In this document: positions 44,302 through 64,000 of the stretch, one piece after another
Numbering within the stretch: position 1 is the first letter of the stretch
Layout of the letters: every line of letters starts with the position of its first letter
Origin: the human T2T-CHM13v2.0 reference genome, Homo sapiens
Direction: 5' to 3' (one strand)
Assembly (NCBI RefSeq): GCF_009914755.1
Contig: NC_060933.1
DNA length: 64,000 bases
Position numbers and translations under genes: made by a program
Notes under the pieces: model-generated
Told to the model about the DNA's origin: nothing
Databases searched by the model: none
The model's input: only the letters and a program-made list of their open reading frames with translations

Positions 44302-44625
44302 TTTTCTTTTTCTTTTTTTGAGACAGGGTCTCGCTCTGTTGCCCAGGCTGGAGTGCAGTGGCACAATCATGGCTCATGACCATGCCATAGTTATGGCAGC
44401 CATGACCTCCCAGACTCAAGTGATCCTCCCACCTCCCACCTCCGCCTCCCAAGTATCTGGGACGACAGGTGTGAGCTACCATGCCCAGCTAATTTTTACA
44501 ATTTTTTGTAGAGACAGGGTCTTGCTATGTTGCCCAGGCTGGTCTTAAACTCCTGGACTCAAGTGATCTTCCTGCCTTGGCCTCCCAAAGTGCTGAGATT
44601 ACAGGCATAAGCCACTGTGCCCAGC
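44302..44625 (-). mobile_element. AluJ
   Basis: Reverse Alu consensus. Confidence 0.92.
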
Positions 44626-45594
44626 CTTCTCTCTGTATCTTTATGGGCAGTTAAGATATGATGGGTTCAGCATTACCCGTGAGTCAGACTGCCTGGATTC
44701 AAATCCCAGCTCTGTCACTAGGTGTAGGACTTTGGGCAGGATCCTCTGCCTCTTCAGGCTCTATATCTTTACTATAAAATAGGGATGATAATAATTCTTC
44801 ACAGGGTTCTGTAAGCATTAAATGACAAGTAAATATCTATGAAGTGCTTAAAAAAGCATCTGGCGTATAATAAGCATTATGCATTAATGGTGGCTATTAT
44901 TTTTTCAAGCCCATAAAAAGTCTGTTATATTTCCCAACTCCTAGGAAATCTGTCTCTCAGTATACATGTAACAAAATTCCTCCCATACCCCATAAATCTG
45001 TGTAAAAACAAAATAAAAAACCCCCAAACCCCAAACCTGCTTCTCAGGAAGAGCCAGAGCAGAAAAGGAGCTGGTCTCTCGTGTCACTGGCCACACAGTC
45101 TAGGATTTTAAGTGGTTTTCACACGGGTAGAAAATCAAACTCAATATGCCCTCACAATAACCACGAAACAATCTTCAGAACTAAATACCCGAAATGTCCT
45201 CTTACACAAGTGAATAAACTAACTTGGTGGGTTCGCTGCTGTTGTTTTTGTTTGTTGTTGGATCCAAGTGTCTTTAGGGCAGACATCACTCTCTTTAACC
45301 TTATCAAACTCAAAGCCAACCACAGCATATGAGGGCTGAGGGCCCTGTGAGGTTTCCCTGTCTTTCTGGTCCTCCTCCTTATTAACGGGGAGATGACCAG
45401 AAAATGACTTGTCCAAAGTCACTGCTAATACACAGACAGAGACACAGAGTCACAAGGACACGCAGAGGACAGAGCAGGAGCCACCTGCAAACAGGAAGCA
45501 CGTAAATACAAGAGGGCAACGTGTATTTAAATATCCTCACAAATGGTTTCTGAAAACCAAGAGTCACCCTGAATAGGGAACGAACACAAAGTAC

Positions 45595-45744
45595 CAGTAT
45601 GAGTGGGTTGGACTTTTTCCGGATGTCTACACCAGCCTCTGCATTGTGGTAAATGTTGTTGCCGGCAATCAAGCCACCGCCCTCCAAGCGAAGAAAGATG
45701 CCTGACGCTCGGCAGCGGTAAATGTCGTTCCTGAGCATGATGAT
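45595..45744 (-). CDS. FBXO10: FBXO10 exon 4 (IIMLRNDIYRCRASGIFL...KSNPLIL), PbH1 repeats
   Basis: ttAG acceptor, donor GTACTT at 45594; 150 nt. Confidence 0.95.
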
Positions 45745-45963
45745 CTAAGCAGAAAAGAGAAAGCCATTTATTTTCCTGTTACAAATATTTTTTTAGAAAC
45801 CACTGGAGGAACACCTGAGTCTTTTCCGCACCACCTGATCCATGCAGTTTACCCCGTAGGCAAGAGAAACGCCTCAATGCTGGCACAGCCACGCTCCCAC
45901 TGTGTGCTCCCAGGACACAGCCATCTCCAGGCCCTACCTGGCTTTGCCCTGCAGGCTCCTTAG

Positions 45964-46344
<381 letters not shown>

Positions 46345-46847
46345 TAACTAAAACCTGGACCAAAGCTTGGCCCTGTGCTTTATATTCAGAACCTGCAAGC
46401 AGCATAGCTGGATGATGGGATAGAAAGGACGCTTAGGGGAAGATGGGACTGAGTGGTCTTCAAACTTTACATGCACTAAGTTTGCATGAAGATTTCCCCA
46501 GGGGTCGAGGGTGCAGCTACTTTTAATGAAATAAAGTTCCAGGTCCACCACTTCCAATGCACCTTCACTAAAATCCACCTGTCTGAGACGGCACGGACAG
46601 TAAGGTACCACACAGGTTCTCCTCTCCCACCTTCCCTTCCACTTTATAAAACAAAGGCCTGTTCTTGCACATCCTAAATCTTTCATGGTGTATCACCCTG
46701 GGGTGGAAAACTACTGAGACTCCAAATGAAGGGATGATTAGAGATATTGGTATAACAAAGCCTCCTTCAAACAAGTTCCCATAACCAGCAACCTGCTAAT
46801 AAAGGGATATATTTCCAATTACATTTTCTTTTTATGTTTAATAAGTA

Positions 46848-47790
<943 letters not shown>

Positions 47791-48077
47791 ATATATAAAA
47801 AATCTGGAATGTTTATCTATGCTGTCTTAAACAATTATAGATTAATAATAAAATATATTATTATAAATTGTGTACTACTAATAATATATTGCATTAGGAC
47901 AAAATTCTGTGAAGACTAAAGTAGAACAAGAGTATAAATGGTAAGGTTTCAGCTTCTGCTTAGGATGGAGAAAGTAGAAAGAATATACACAAACATGGAC
48001 TTTCTGGTGGAACCCATCAGAGCTGAGGCTGCTGGACAACCGGCTAGCCTGAATGCTACAAAAAGACAGGTGCCTTT

Positions 48078-48157
48078 CGGAGCGTGCAGTGAGCCCAGAT
48101 CGTGCCACTGCAGTCCGGCCTGGGTGAAAGAGTGAGACTCCGTCTCAAAAAAAGAAA
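48078..48157 (+). mobile_element. Severely 5'-truncated Alu (about 80 bp)
   Basis: TSD AAAGACAGG[T/C]GCCT. Confidence 0.85.
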
Positions 48158-48996
48158 GACAGGCGCCTCCAAGGAGACGAGGCCTGAGCACTTCCCTGCT
48201 GAATGCAGGGCTGCATGTGTCATACAAGCCAGTAAGAACTCAGCTAACATTTTCAATGCACTGTTAAAGACCAGCTGTGAATTAGTGTGAGTGCAGAAAC
48301 TCTGGGAGTAGCTGCACCTGTTCACTTCTCTGTGGCCTTCACTAGGTGTTCATGGAGAAAACTGGGGGCAGATGAGAGACTGGAGACAGCACCCTCCTGA
48401 CGCAGGCTGGGGACAAAAGTGAGAGAGGCATTAAGCCCCTCTCCTGTGTTCTTTCCCCCTAACTCTCTTACAAAACAAACCGTATGCACAGAGAAACAGC
48501 GGGAAAACACTCTTATCTCTGGGGGTGTTGGGAGGAAAGTGACTTAGGCCCAGATCATCAGAGGTCCCCTAGTGCTGGGGGTAGAGCCAGGGTCACTGAA
48601 AAAGTCCTGCTCTCAAGACCACAGACACAGCACCTACCTAGACTAAGGATGACCCAGGACAAGAGAGAAACCCTGCCATCACGTAGGGTGACAAATAATG
48701 GCAGTCTACTGCTGAGGGAGGGCGAGAGCAGCGGAGATCGCCTCTGAGCAGCAGGCACAAAGGAAGATCTGAAGCGGAGAAAACTAGCACGAGGTAATGC
48801 TGGAGAGAGCTGAAGCCTACGGGACGCTGAGGATAATCCTATCATCACCATAATTCAAACGGGCTCAGCTCCTAACTAGATCGACCTCCTAAGAGCCAGG
48901 CAAAAGAAGAGGTGTGCCCATTTCCAAACTAAATACTACAGAGCTCAGTCCCCACTGTCCTACATGAGATATCTGACTTCCAACTAAAATTTATGA

Positions 48997-49572
<576 letters not shown>

Positions 49573-50795
49573 TAACTAGAAAGCCATATTCTCAATAACT
49601 ATGCAAGGAAGAATGCCCTCCTTGAGGGCTTGAGCCAGATCCTTTCATCGTGGTAGTCACGACAGCAAAGCTATTACCTTTCCCTTTTTATTTGGCCATT
49701 TTCTTTTATGTATGTGTACAGGAGTCTTGCATTATGCTTTCAAAGTAACATCACCTGAAATCCTCTTTGGAAGTGGGCTGGGTAAAACACAATTAAATTT
49801 AAATTAATTAAAATGTGATTGCTATTAACCATTTTAGAAGCCTGCAACACTCATGAGTGACCTTTGTACAATGTTCTTTAGTTTACTGAATACTTCCGGC
49901 ATGGGACCTTCCAATAGCCAGTGAGAGAAGAAAAATAGGGATGCTTATTTTCATTTTACGAAAGTGAAGGTCATGTTCATAGTGAGTTAGTGGAGAGGTG
50001 AGACTCGAATCTAGGTGCTATGCCATGCTTTCTTCTGCATGGGCTGTCTTTCCCTTCAGAAGGCCTTCCTGTCATCAACCATTTACAGGATTTGCAGATT
50101 GTCCTGTGGTGCCCTAAGTCCCAGCACATAGAAGGTGTTGATTGTCGCAGTGGCTAGAAGGACTGTTCTTAGCATAAGGCCCAAATGTCTCAAGGGGGAT
50201 TCCAGGTCTGGGTAAGGTAGCTTTTGCTCACCCCCAGCTTCATCCTTCAACCTAGCCCCACCGCATGGTTGAATTCAACCTCACACCCAGGCTCTGGCGT
50301 AGGATGTTTCTGCTGTTGGGACACCCTCACTCTCCACCCCTTCTTATCACGTGTCCAATTTTCCCTGGACCTTCTTCTCATTGTACCCAGCACAGACGTT
50401 TCCTCAACAACCCTACTCCAGTTTGGAGTGAAGGTAGTAATCATATCTCCCTGAATTTTCTCTTATCCAGGCTTTGTTTCTCCTACTCCGACATGGTGAG
50501 ATATGTGAGCAGCAGCATGACATAGTGAAAAGAGGCAGGAGACCCGAGTTTCTAGTCTCAATTCTGCCTAACTTGCTATGTGACCCTGAGTAAGCCACGT
50601 TCTCTCTCTGGGCCTCTCTTTCTGGGAAATGAGAAAAAGCGTTTCTGTCCTTTCCAAATCAGATGATGGGCATGACGTCAAGCGTGTGTGAATAAGTTTA
50701 AAGAAAATTATTTTTAAAATGCAAAATAGCCCCATCAAACCCTTCCTACATATAGCCACAGGAGCCCCCTGACCAATCTAAAGTCATGACAGCAC

Positions 50796-51629
50796 CTTGC
50801 TATTATGTATACACCGCACTGCGTAAGTCAGGTTCCGGAAGATGTTTCCTTCCATCTTGGCTCTGCCGTGGGAGCAGACGAAGACGCCTCCCTTCCCGTC
50901 CCGGAAGAGGCACTTGCGGATGAGGCAGCCCTGCACGGAGTTGGCCAGTGCCATGGCCTCCTTATCCTTCTGCAGCTCCTGCTGCAGTGAGTTCAGCACT
51001 AGGCAGCTGGGCAGCTGAATGGATGCTCCTGGTAGAGGTGGGCCCAGAAATGAGCCCCCCAATACAGGGCGTGGGCCCTGCACTTGGTAGGATAGTCTGT
51101 ACATCAGCTGGTCCTCATCTTCATCCTCACCGCTGGGACTCAGGCCTCCATCGCTGCTGTCCGGGGTCTGGGCCACCCTTTCACCATCACTACCCACCTC
51201 TGCCTCCTGTGAGCCAGCCTTGGAGCCTGGCTTTGGGGAGCTAGAGGCTGGGCTGGTAGGGCTCTGGCTGCCCTCGATAACAATGTCACAGGTCTTTGGG
51301 CTCCAGGCCTGGTCCCGGCTCTCTAGGTCCAGGGACATTAAAAAGTCAGAGTCCTCTGTGGGGAGAAAAGTGGGTGAGGACTTGATAAGCCCTAGTAGAT
51401 ACTTGTAGGCCCAGTTCTTATCTGCAGATGGGTGACCCTCAACAGTCACAGAGTTGTTTTCACTGCCCACAAATTCACAGTTTTCCAGGACACACAGGGG
51501 CACGTTGTGCAGGAAGATATGGGTGTTTTTGAAGGTACAGAACTTCACTTGGCAAGTACCCGGGCCATGGACCTGGATGTGCCCGTTCTCAAAGTTGCAG
51601 TTGTCAAACTGGACGTGACCTGATGTTGT
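50796..51629 (-). CDS. FBXO10: FBXO10 exon 3 (TTSGHVQFDNCNF...CIHNSK; includes Ser/Pro/acidic linker)
   Basis: cAG acceptor at 51631-51630, donor GTGCTG at 50795; 834 nt; ORF 50784..51548. Confidence 0.96.
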
Positions 51630-52098
51630 CTGGGGAATGAAAAGAAGAAAACGGCTGTAAGAGGGATGAGATTGGTTTTGGACTCTAGCTGCCCTTTAAG
51701 GAGGGTAGAACATGGAAAGGCCATTTGTTCTGCTGATCATCTTCCCCTCCCCACTGGGGTCTGGATGTCAGCTGTCCCCAAAAGGAACTGGGGAGCTGCT
51801 CTGCATCAGAGAGGGAGGGAAACTGGAGCTGCCCGCACCTCCATCCTTCTAATCTCAAAGGAAGGGAGACAAGTAGATGATGGCAGAAAAGTTCACACTG
51901 CAGCATGACTCCTCCTAAAACCTCAAGTCTCAATCACGTGCCAGGGCTAGGACAGGCAGTGAGAGAGGCCTAGCCGCATGTGCTGGCAAAGAGTTCTGAC
52001 TGTGTGGCAACTGATGCACGTGGTGCACAGCAAAATATGTCTCTAAAGAGAGGGGACAAGGTATACTGCCATTGCCAGGAAGCATTGAACAGTGGTTA

Positions 52099-52440
<342 letters not shown>

Positions 52441-53861
52441 TTATCTTGGACAAATGACTTCACCTCTTTAAGCCTCAGTTTCCTTGTCTGCAGCATGGGG
52501 CTCACTAGTTCACAAAGCACCATGCTAGGCACAAACTTAGCACTCAATAAAAGTCAGTTATTATCATCTGGGGTCAGGGACACAAGGAGCAGAGTGTCCT
52601 CAAGAGTCTGGAGTGGGGATGGGGCAGTGCCAAACTCTCCTGCCTAATTCATTTGGGCCCCTTGGCTCTGTGGGCCCAACTGAGAAGCAGTCTTGGTGAG
52701 GCCCACTCACTCTCTATTCCTGAAAAAGAGCTGTTTCTGGATTTTATACATATTTCATCAGATGTATTTGAATCATCAAATGAGGGAGTATCTCATGATT
52801 CCATTTAATAATCCAGACGTACCTACCCCTTGAATAAGTTTTAAAATTGACCTTTGATAGATTGTCCCAGAATTTAAGCCCCCTTAACTTTTCTAATTTC
52901 TTCCTTATGGCTAACCTAATTTTTCCTTGCTATTTAAATCCATTTCCTCTCTAAAGATAAAAAAGCCAGCTCTCTGGAGATGCAGAGCCACTGCTAAGGT
53001 TCTCCTTGGAAGTCACTGAAAACTGCTGTGAAATCGCCTTCGCCTTTGCATTTTTCAGGCAAAGCCATCCCAGGCCCCCATGTCTCCTTTAGTTGAAAAA
53101 CAATCATGGACTGAACACTAACTAATATATGTTATATGCTAAGCACTAAGCCACAGGGCAGGCTACAAACAAGTCTAACGCCAGGCCTCATCCCTTGAGG
53201 ATCTATGACTATACTTCTGAGGGAGAAGTAGAGGCTGAAATCAAAATATTACTCTAAGAATAAATGTATTACAAAATGTGAAGGGTCTGGAACATTATTT
53301 CTTTCTAGAAACAAACTCTCCTTCTGGGCCTGCAGACCAGCACCAGAGAAGTTCATCAGTTCTTCTGAAATGCTCTAGGGCTAAAACACAAGCTTTTAAG
53401 CTTTCAGGTAACATAGCATGATGTAATTTTATAAGCATTTAGATGAGAAGGCCTGAATTTGAGATCTAACTTCCCTAATTACCCACTTGAGAAAGTTACT
53501 TACCAACTGTGACCTTCAGTAGCCCTCATTTGCAAAATAGGCATACCACATCTACTTCACCTACACAAATGTTTGCTGTGGGGGTCCAATGAGGTCACAG
53601 ATGGAAAGTCACCTAGATTATGAATAGACTTTGGATCTTACTAAGTCTGAGACCTTGATGTCACTTAATCTTGCTGAGCCTCAGTTTTCTCATCTATAAA
53701 ATCAGATGACATTACCTATCTCAGAGGCATGTGGAGAGGAACCCATGAGATAATGGCTATAAGGCATATGGCATGCACACACTACATCTGTCACAAATGA
53801 CCAGTGGTATAAGGATCATTACAAACATGAGAGACAATTGTTATTGGCAATATACTTTTAA

Positions 53862-54162
<301 letters not shown>

Positions 54163-54869
54163 AAAAATCTTTTATTTTTTATGAGCAGGCAGGAAAGCGA
54201 TATAATTTTTATTGACTACCTACATAATCCAAGTTTCTAGGCAATGTATAAGCTATAGACTGTTCTGCCAGGAACTACCAACACCTGGATACCTGCTTTA
54301 CTTTGAACCATCTTCTGGCTCTGCATTCACGGAAGGAATATGTTGGACAAATATTTTCTAACCTTCTCACCATTGCCCTTGAGAACTAGCAAATCATGGT
54401 AAAAGCCTGCCCTTCCTTGATCCCACACAGGGTGGGGTTCATGTGCTGAAGGTGACTAGTCCTGTATAGCCTTTTTCCTCTGTGGCTCTCACTCTGGGCA
54501 TGCCTCCATGAGCAGCTAATGGGCTCTCTGCTTCCTGTCACCAACTGGCATGCTTCCAGAACCTGGCTTTCCCGCCGCTGCTAGACTGGTGGCTCCAGTT
54601 GGTCCAGTTGGAAAGGGAAGAGGTGCAAAAGAATTTTGGTTCCAAGCCCAAGCCATTTTTAAATACTGCTTTACCAAGAATAAAGCAGAATTCTGAACTC
54701 TACTGATCACTGTGCCTGTTTCTCAACTGGTTCAGCACTCAGAGGAGTATGAGTATAATAATAACTCTTAACTTTCAATTCCAACAAAAAAAGGGATTAA
54801 AAGCCCAGAAAAGAGGGCAAGCCTCTGGGGTCAGAACTAGAAAGGCCGTCTATTGATGTGGATACCCAC

Positions 54870-55454
54870 CTTATACATGATGGGTGAGAACCAGGCTGGC
54901 GTGAAGACGAGGTTGCACAGGCGTGTGGTTGAGCAGTGCTGATCAATGCTGGCCAGCAGGGCCACTTCACCCAACTTCCCCTGCCCTACAATCTCCACAG
55001 GCACCTTCAAGATGATTTCACCTTGCTCTTCGTACACACCTGGGAAGAGCACAATTCGGTCATACAGGCTGGCCATGGCCAAGGCACTGCCCAGGCTGTC
55101 AAACTCACGGCCTGGCCCAACACTCAGGGTACGTCGTTCCCTCCTCCGGCGGAATAGAGAAAAGCAGATGGAAGACTCCAAGTCCAAGGCATTCTTGGTC
55201 CATGTCTTGGATGCAAGGTAATGCTGCTTGAAGGCTTCTCTCCAAGACTCAGGCTCCACATCTGGCTGGTTGGGCCAATTGGGATGGCGGCACTCGGTGC
55301 AACCCAGACACAGCTGCCGCCAGCGGGTGCTGTCGAGACTGAGGATCAGTTCATACCAGGCCCTGCATACCAGGCTGCAGCGGCCCAGGTCGGGAAGGTG
55401 CAAGTAGGCTAAGATCATGCGCCACAGCTCCAAGGGGAGGCCACCAGCCTCCAT
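54870..55454 (-). CDS. FBXO10: FBXO10 exon 2 coding part (ATG; F-box LPLELWRMILAYLHLPDLGRCSLVCRAW)
   Basis: Exon starts at 55460 after an AG acceptor; Kozak ACCATGG; donor GTGGGT at 54869; 585 coding nt. Confidence 0.97.
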
Positions 55455-55517
55455 GGTCACCTAGGAGACAGACACAAAACAAAAGAGATTTCTGTCTATC
55501 CTACTTACCAGTCCCCC

Positions 55518-55814
55518 TTTTTTATTTTTTTGAGATGGAGTTTCACTCTTCTTGCCCAGGCTGGAGTGCAGTGGTGCGATCTTGGCCTCACCATAACCTC
55601 CACCTCCCAGATTCAAGCAATTCTCCTGCCTCAGCCTCCCAAGTAGCTGGGGTTACAGGCATGCACTACCACAACTAGCTAATTTTGTATTTTTAGTAGA
55701 GACCAGGTTTCTCCATGTTGGTCAGGCTGGTCTCAAATTCCCGACCTCAGGTGATCTGCCCGGCTTGGCCTCCCAAAGTGCTGGGATTACAGGCGTGAGC
55801 CACCACACCCGGCC
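55518..55814 (-). mobile_element. Alu
   Basis: TSD CCAGTCCC. Confidence 0.94.
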
Positions 55815-55999
55815 TCCAGTCCCTTTCTTAAAATACCCCCTGCCATCTCCTGAGCCCAAGGGTGAGCAAATAAACAAGGCTCAGCCAGTCAGAGGACTCC
55901 ATCCTTTCAATGTGAATCCTACTCTAGATTTTTCCACCAGGAATTAGCAAGGAAGACTCTCTTTTCTCTATGGTCAGATGTTATAAAGATATGACTCCA

Positions 56000-56300
56000 G
56001 GCCGGGCGCAATGGCTCAGGCCTGTAATCCCAGCACTTTGAGAGGCTGAGACAGGTGGATCACCTGAGGTTGGGAGTTCAAGACCAGCCTGACCAACATG
56101 GAGAAACCCTGTCTCTATGAAAAATACAAAATTAGCCGGGCATGGTGGTGCATGCCTGTAATCCCAGCTACTTGGGAGTCTGAGGCAGGAGAATCGCTTG
56201 AACCCAGGGAGGCAGGGATTGCAGTGAGCCCAGATCGTGCCATTGCGCTCCAGCATGGGCAACAAGAGCGAATCTCCATCTCAAAAAAAAAAAAAAAAAA
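56000..56300 (+). mobile_element. Alu
   Basis: TSD GATA[T/C]GACTCC. Confidence 0.95.
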
Positions 56301-56329
56301 GGATACGACTCCGGAACTGCCAGGTTCAC

Positions 56330-57460
56330 CACCATGTGGAGGAAACCTTCTGGTATAAGAGCCAAACAGAAAGATGACCTTTAAAAAGAGGAAGAAAACA
56401 AGGTGAGCACATGTGTGTGTGTATCCTGATAGTACTGATTCCAGATTCTTAAAGATGTCTTGGAATCTACAGTTCTTCCTTCAATTTTGTAGGATATCCC
56501 AATGGCCTTCTACTAAATCCCCCTTTTGCTCAAGCTAGTTTGATTTGGGCTTCTGTGACTTGCAACTAGAAGAGTCTGGACTTCTAAGAGGGAACCCACC
56601 TTTGGCTGTTAGGGTCCTAGAGCTCTGGATCCCCTACACTCTCAGGGAAGAGACCTCTATCTCTTTACACTATTAGGAATGAGAACTGAGGCAGTGACTG
56701 TCCATCTGTCTGTCTCTGCTTGTTCCCAGATCAAGTAATTACTGTTTCCCCACGTGGGGCAGCCCCAGGACAGACTACTGCTGAGTCAGATGCTGTGGGT
56801 TTTGGTCCTGGCTCTGCCATTGGTTATCCTGAGCAGTTAATTGGTTATTCTGAACACCTATGGGCTGGCTGCCCAGCCATCTACCTACTTGCTTTTTCTG
56901 GAAAATCTTCTTCTCCCCTACCAGTGATTTATATCACATGATTATAGAGGTAAGGTTCCCAGCAGATGTATATGTAGAACAAAGGATCCCCGACCTCTTG
57001 ACTGCAACTGATTGGACTCTGGATGGTTCTAAAGGGGCCATCGAGCCCTTTTCCAGGAGAACAGGAGTTGCAATTCTAGAATCAGGATGGCCTTATTCCT
57101 GAATGGTGGGGAATGAGTGGCCCCTTTTCTAAGCTATAAACTCAGGAATAGCCTCTGGTGATCATTTTCCCCAGGCTGGGGCATAGGAGGAGACAAGACA
57201 GAAGAAGCTGATCTACATTGAGAAAAGAATAAATTAGAGACACAGAAAAAAGCAGAGAAAAGGGCAGAAGCAAGGGGCATCCAGTTTCTCTATAGCACTG
57301 CAGGTCATAGCTCTAGTCTATTCTCAAAGCTCAGCTTTATCCTTGCCCTTTGAATGCCATCAGATATCCCTGATGATGTAAGCTGGCTTCATTTACTTGT
57401 TTTTATACCTAGTTCAAGGTCTCTCATTTATGAGTGTCAATTTTCCCACTTAAAAAACAA
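56330..57460 (+). mobile_element. LTR16-like ERVL LTR fragments
   Basis: 3' motif AAATCCCCCTTTTGCTCAAGCTAGTTTGA..GGGCTTCTGTGACTTGCAAC. Confidence 0.45.
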
Positions 57461-57534
57461 AGGGCCAAGTAGATGACCTAGAGCAACTTCCAAGTCTGAA
57501 ACCCAAGTCTCTAGACAACTAGAAAGTAGGACTA

Positions 57535-58133
<599 letters not shown>

Positions 58134-58400
58134 GTAGGACTAGAAACAACTGACCTTCATCAAATTGTTGACCTCTCTAGAGCCTTGGGTATCCTCTCAA
58201 TTTTATGAAAATGCTAATCATACTTGTCAGTTATCTAAGCCCCAAGAAGGCTAGGAGCACAAATGTCTGATTATGTCTGGAAGAAATGCTGAGCTTCCTC
58301 AAGACTGGCGTGGCTTTAATTCTGCAGATTTGTACTGGAGCCCAGATGAGTAGGTTCTTCTCTAATGATCACCAGCGAGACTTTACTAAGAGAGAAAAGC

Positions 58401-58795
<395 letters not shown>

Positions 58796-58848
58796 TTATG
58801 GCGGCTTCTATGACACTGATGTTTCCTGTTCTTCGTTTATTTCTTTAG

Positions 58849-59168
<320 letters not shown>

Positions 59169-59519
59169 TCTCAGGCTTTTTAAGAGAAAATTGTTCTTCT
59201 ACTCATTCTCTATCCATTTTGTAGCTGAGCAATCACATCCATTCCCTTGGCTTCAACTACCACTGGAAATGCATGACTACAAAATCCAAATGTCTAGCCC
59301 CAATCATCTTTCTAGCTCCACACGTGAATACCCAATTCTCTTTTGGGCATTTCTACCTGGATGTTCCATAGATAACAAAAACTCAACATCATGTCCAAAA
59401 TGGAACTCTGACTTCCACTTCAGGCCATGACAGAATAACGGAAACTGGATATTCCCTTCCTGCCATAAACAACTATAAAGCTGGACAAAATATATGAGGC
59501 AAGTGAATATGTGTTTTCA

Positions 59520-60077
<558 letters not shown>

Positions 60078-60391
60078 CTAGGCTGAAGGCTGGGCTGCAC
60101 ATGTACAGGGCAAGACTTCATCAGATGTAGTAGGGATCACCTGCTATGAAAATTTATTCTAATTTTCCACTTAACTTCTGTGTTTAATTTTGTTCATTCA
60201 CTCATCCGACAGACATCTATTAAGCCTTATTATGTAACAGGTCCTAAGAGAAAATATTAATAAATCGGTATTAAGACATGGTCTCTGTGCTCAAGTTGCT
60301 GATAGTTTAATAAGAGGGGAGAAGACATAGTGAAACACAAAACAAAGTTGGCAAAAGACCTTCACTAGTAGGTTGAAAAATCATGGAGTAA

Positions 60392-62170
<1,779 letters not shown>

Positions 62171-62174
62171 ATAG

Positions 62175-62737
<563 letters not shown>

Positions 62738-62999
62738 GGATCTTTCTAAAATACACCTCTGATCTTGTCAATTGTTGGCTTAAAATTCCTCAGTGGTTCC
62801 CCATGGAGTCCTGGGTCAAGCCTAGTACAGAAGATCAGTTGTGAGCTTGTCTTTTTCTCTAGCCTCATCTCTGACATTCATCCCAACCTACCCTCACCCT
62901 CCCAATAATAACCTTTCAGAGGACCTTTCCTTATCCTCTCCCCTCAGAAATTAAGTGCCTCCCCTGGGCTCCCACAGCACCCAGAGAACAGCTCTAGCC

Positions 63000-63845
63000 A
63001 ACATTTTAAACATGTGAAACAAAACACAGAGCACACAAAGCAAATGTGTAGTTTAGAGAATCATTTTACAAGGCAAGTATCCTGTTCACCACCACCTGGA
63101 TCAAACACAAAACCTTGCAAGCCCCCTAAAAGCCTCTCTGTGTCCCCCATTCCAACGCTTCCTCAAAAAGTAAGTTCAGTCTTGATTTGTGTAGAAATCA
63201 CATCTGAGCATTTCTTTATGGTTTTATCACCTCAGTACACATCCTTAGAGGCCATAGTTTTTAGTTTTGTCCTTAAGTTTTTGGCTTGATAGGTCTTTTG
63301 ATTCTCATTTCATCTGCTGGTTCCCCTCTATCTTTTCTTTACAATTTATTTGTTGAAAACCCTGACTCATCTGACCAGAGTTTCTCATGGTCTCAATTTT
63401 GCTGACTGCATGCATTACTTGAAGGAGAGCTCACTTGTTCCTGTCACCTGCACTTCCTGCATGCTGGCACTGGATCCAGAGGCTTGCTCAAACCCAGGTT
63501 CAACCCCTTTAGCAATACTACAAGTGGCATTGTACCTTTTTATTAGGAGCCACATTTCTGGTTGTCTCTTTTTTGATGTTAGTAGCCAGTGGTGCTCAAT
63601 GCCTCTATCCAGCAATTCACTGGTGGTAACGAAATGTTAATACTCTTAATTCACCAAAGAACACTAAAAACAGTACAAAACAAAACAAAAACCAAGCCCA
63701 ATCAAAACTCATTTGGCTTTGATAAGCTGAAATAATTTTATAAGAAGATTTTATAATTCTATTCATCCACTATTTGGTTATCCAGTGGCACAGTACATAT
63801 AGGAAGAGCCAGCTTAATGCTTTCATTTTATTTCTCAGTTTTCTT
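63000..63845 (-). mobile_element. Old L1M fragment
   Basis: Resembles the L1M-like block at 20500-21100. Confidence 0.45.
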
Positions 63846-63861
63846 TTTTTGTTGTCTCAGG

Positions 63862-64000
<139 letters not shown>

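Overview
Primate, almost certainly human, genomic DNA recognisable as the POLR1E-FBXO10 locus (chr9p13 from recall). On the + strand are exons 2-12 of POLR1E (RNA polymerase I subunit PAF53/RPA49). They total 1184 coding nt; adding a 76-nt phase-1 exon 1 upstream of the window would give the known 419-aa protein. On the - strand, convergent with POLR1E, is the complete coding region of FBXO10 (exons 2-11, 2871 nt = 956 aa + stop). It encodes an F-box, PbH1/CASH beta-helix repeats and a C-terminal CaaX motif; exon 1 lies beyond the window. POLR1E intron 4 holds an antisense RPL21 processed pseudogene. The rest is repeat-rich: about 50 Alus plus L1, L3/CR1, MaLR/ERVL LTRs, MER20, MER58A, MER102, MER2, Tigger3 and one rare SVA2-type VNTR retroposon. 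The most notable observations are: (1) a U12-type (minor spliceosome) GT-AG intron in POLR1E; (2) a dual AG|GTATGT splice site opening an in-frame 88-codon extension of POLR1E exon 2; (3) FBXO10 exons 2-4, which would form stop-free, endlessly translatable circles and are flanked by inverted Alus; (4) the SVA2 element next to an FBXO10 donor site; (5) a pre-miRNA-sized hairpin; (6) a perfect 30-bp x3 repeat. No prokaryote-type system (CRISPR, operon) is present. Repeat family names and boundaries were assigned by eye and are approximate.
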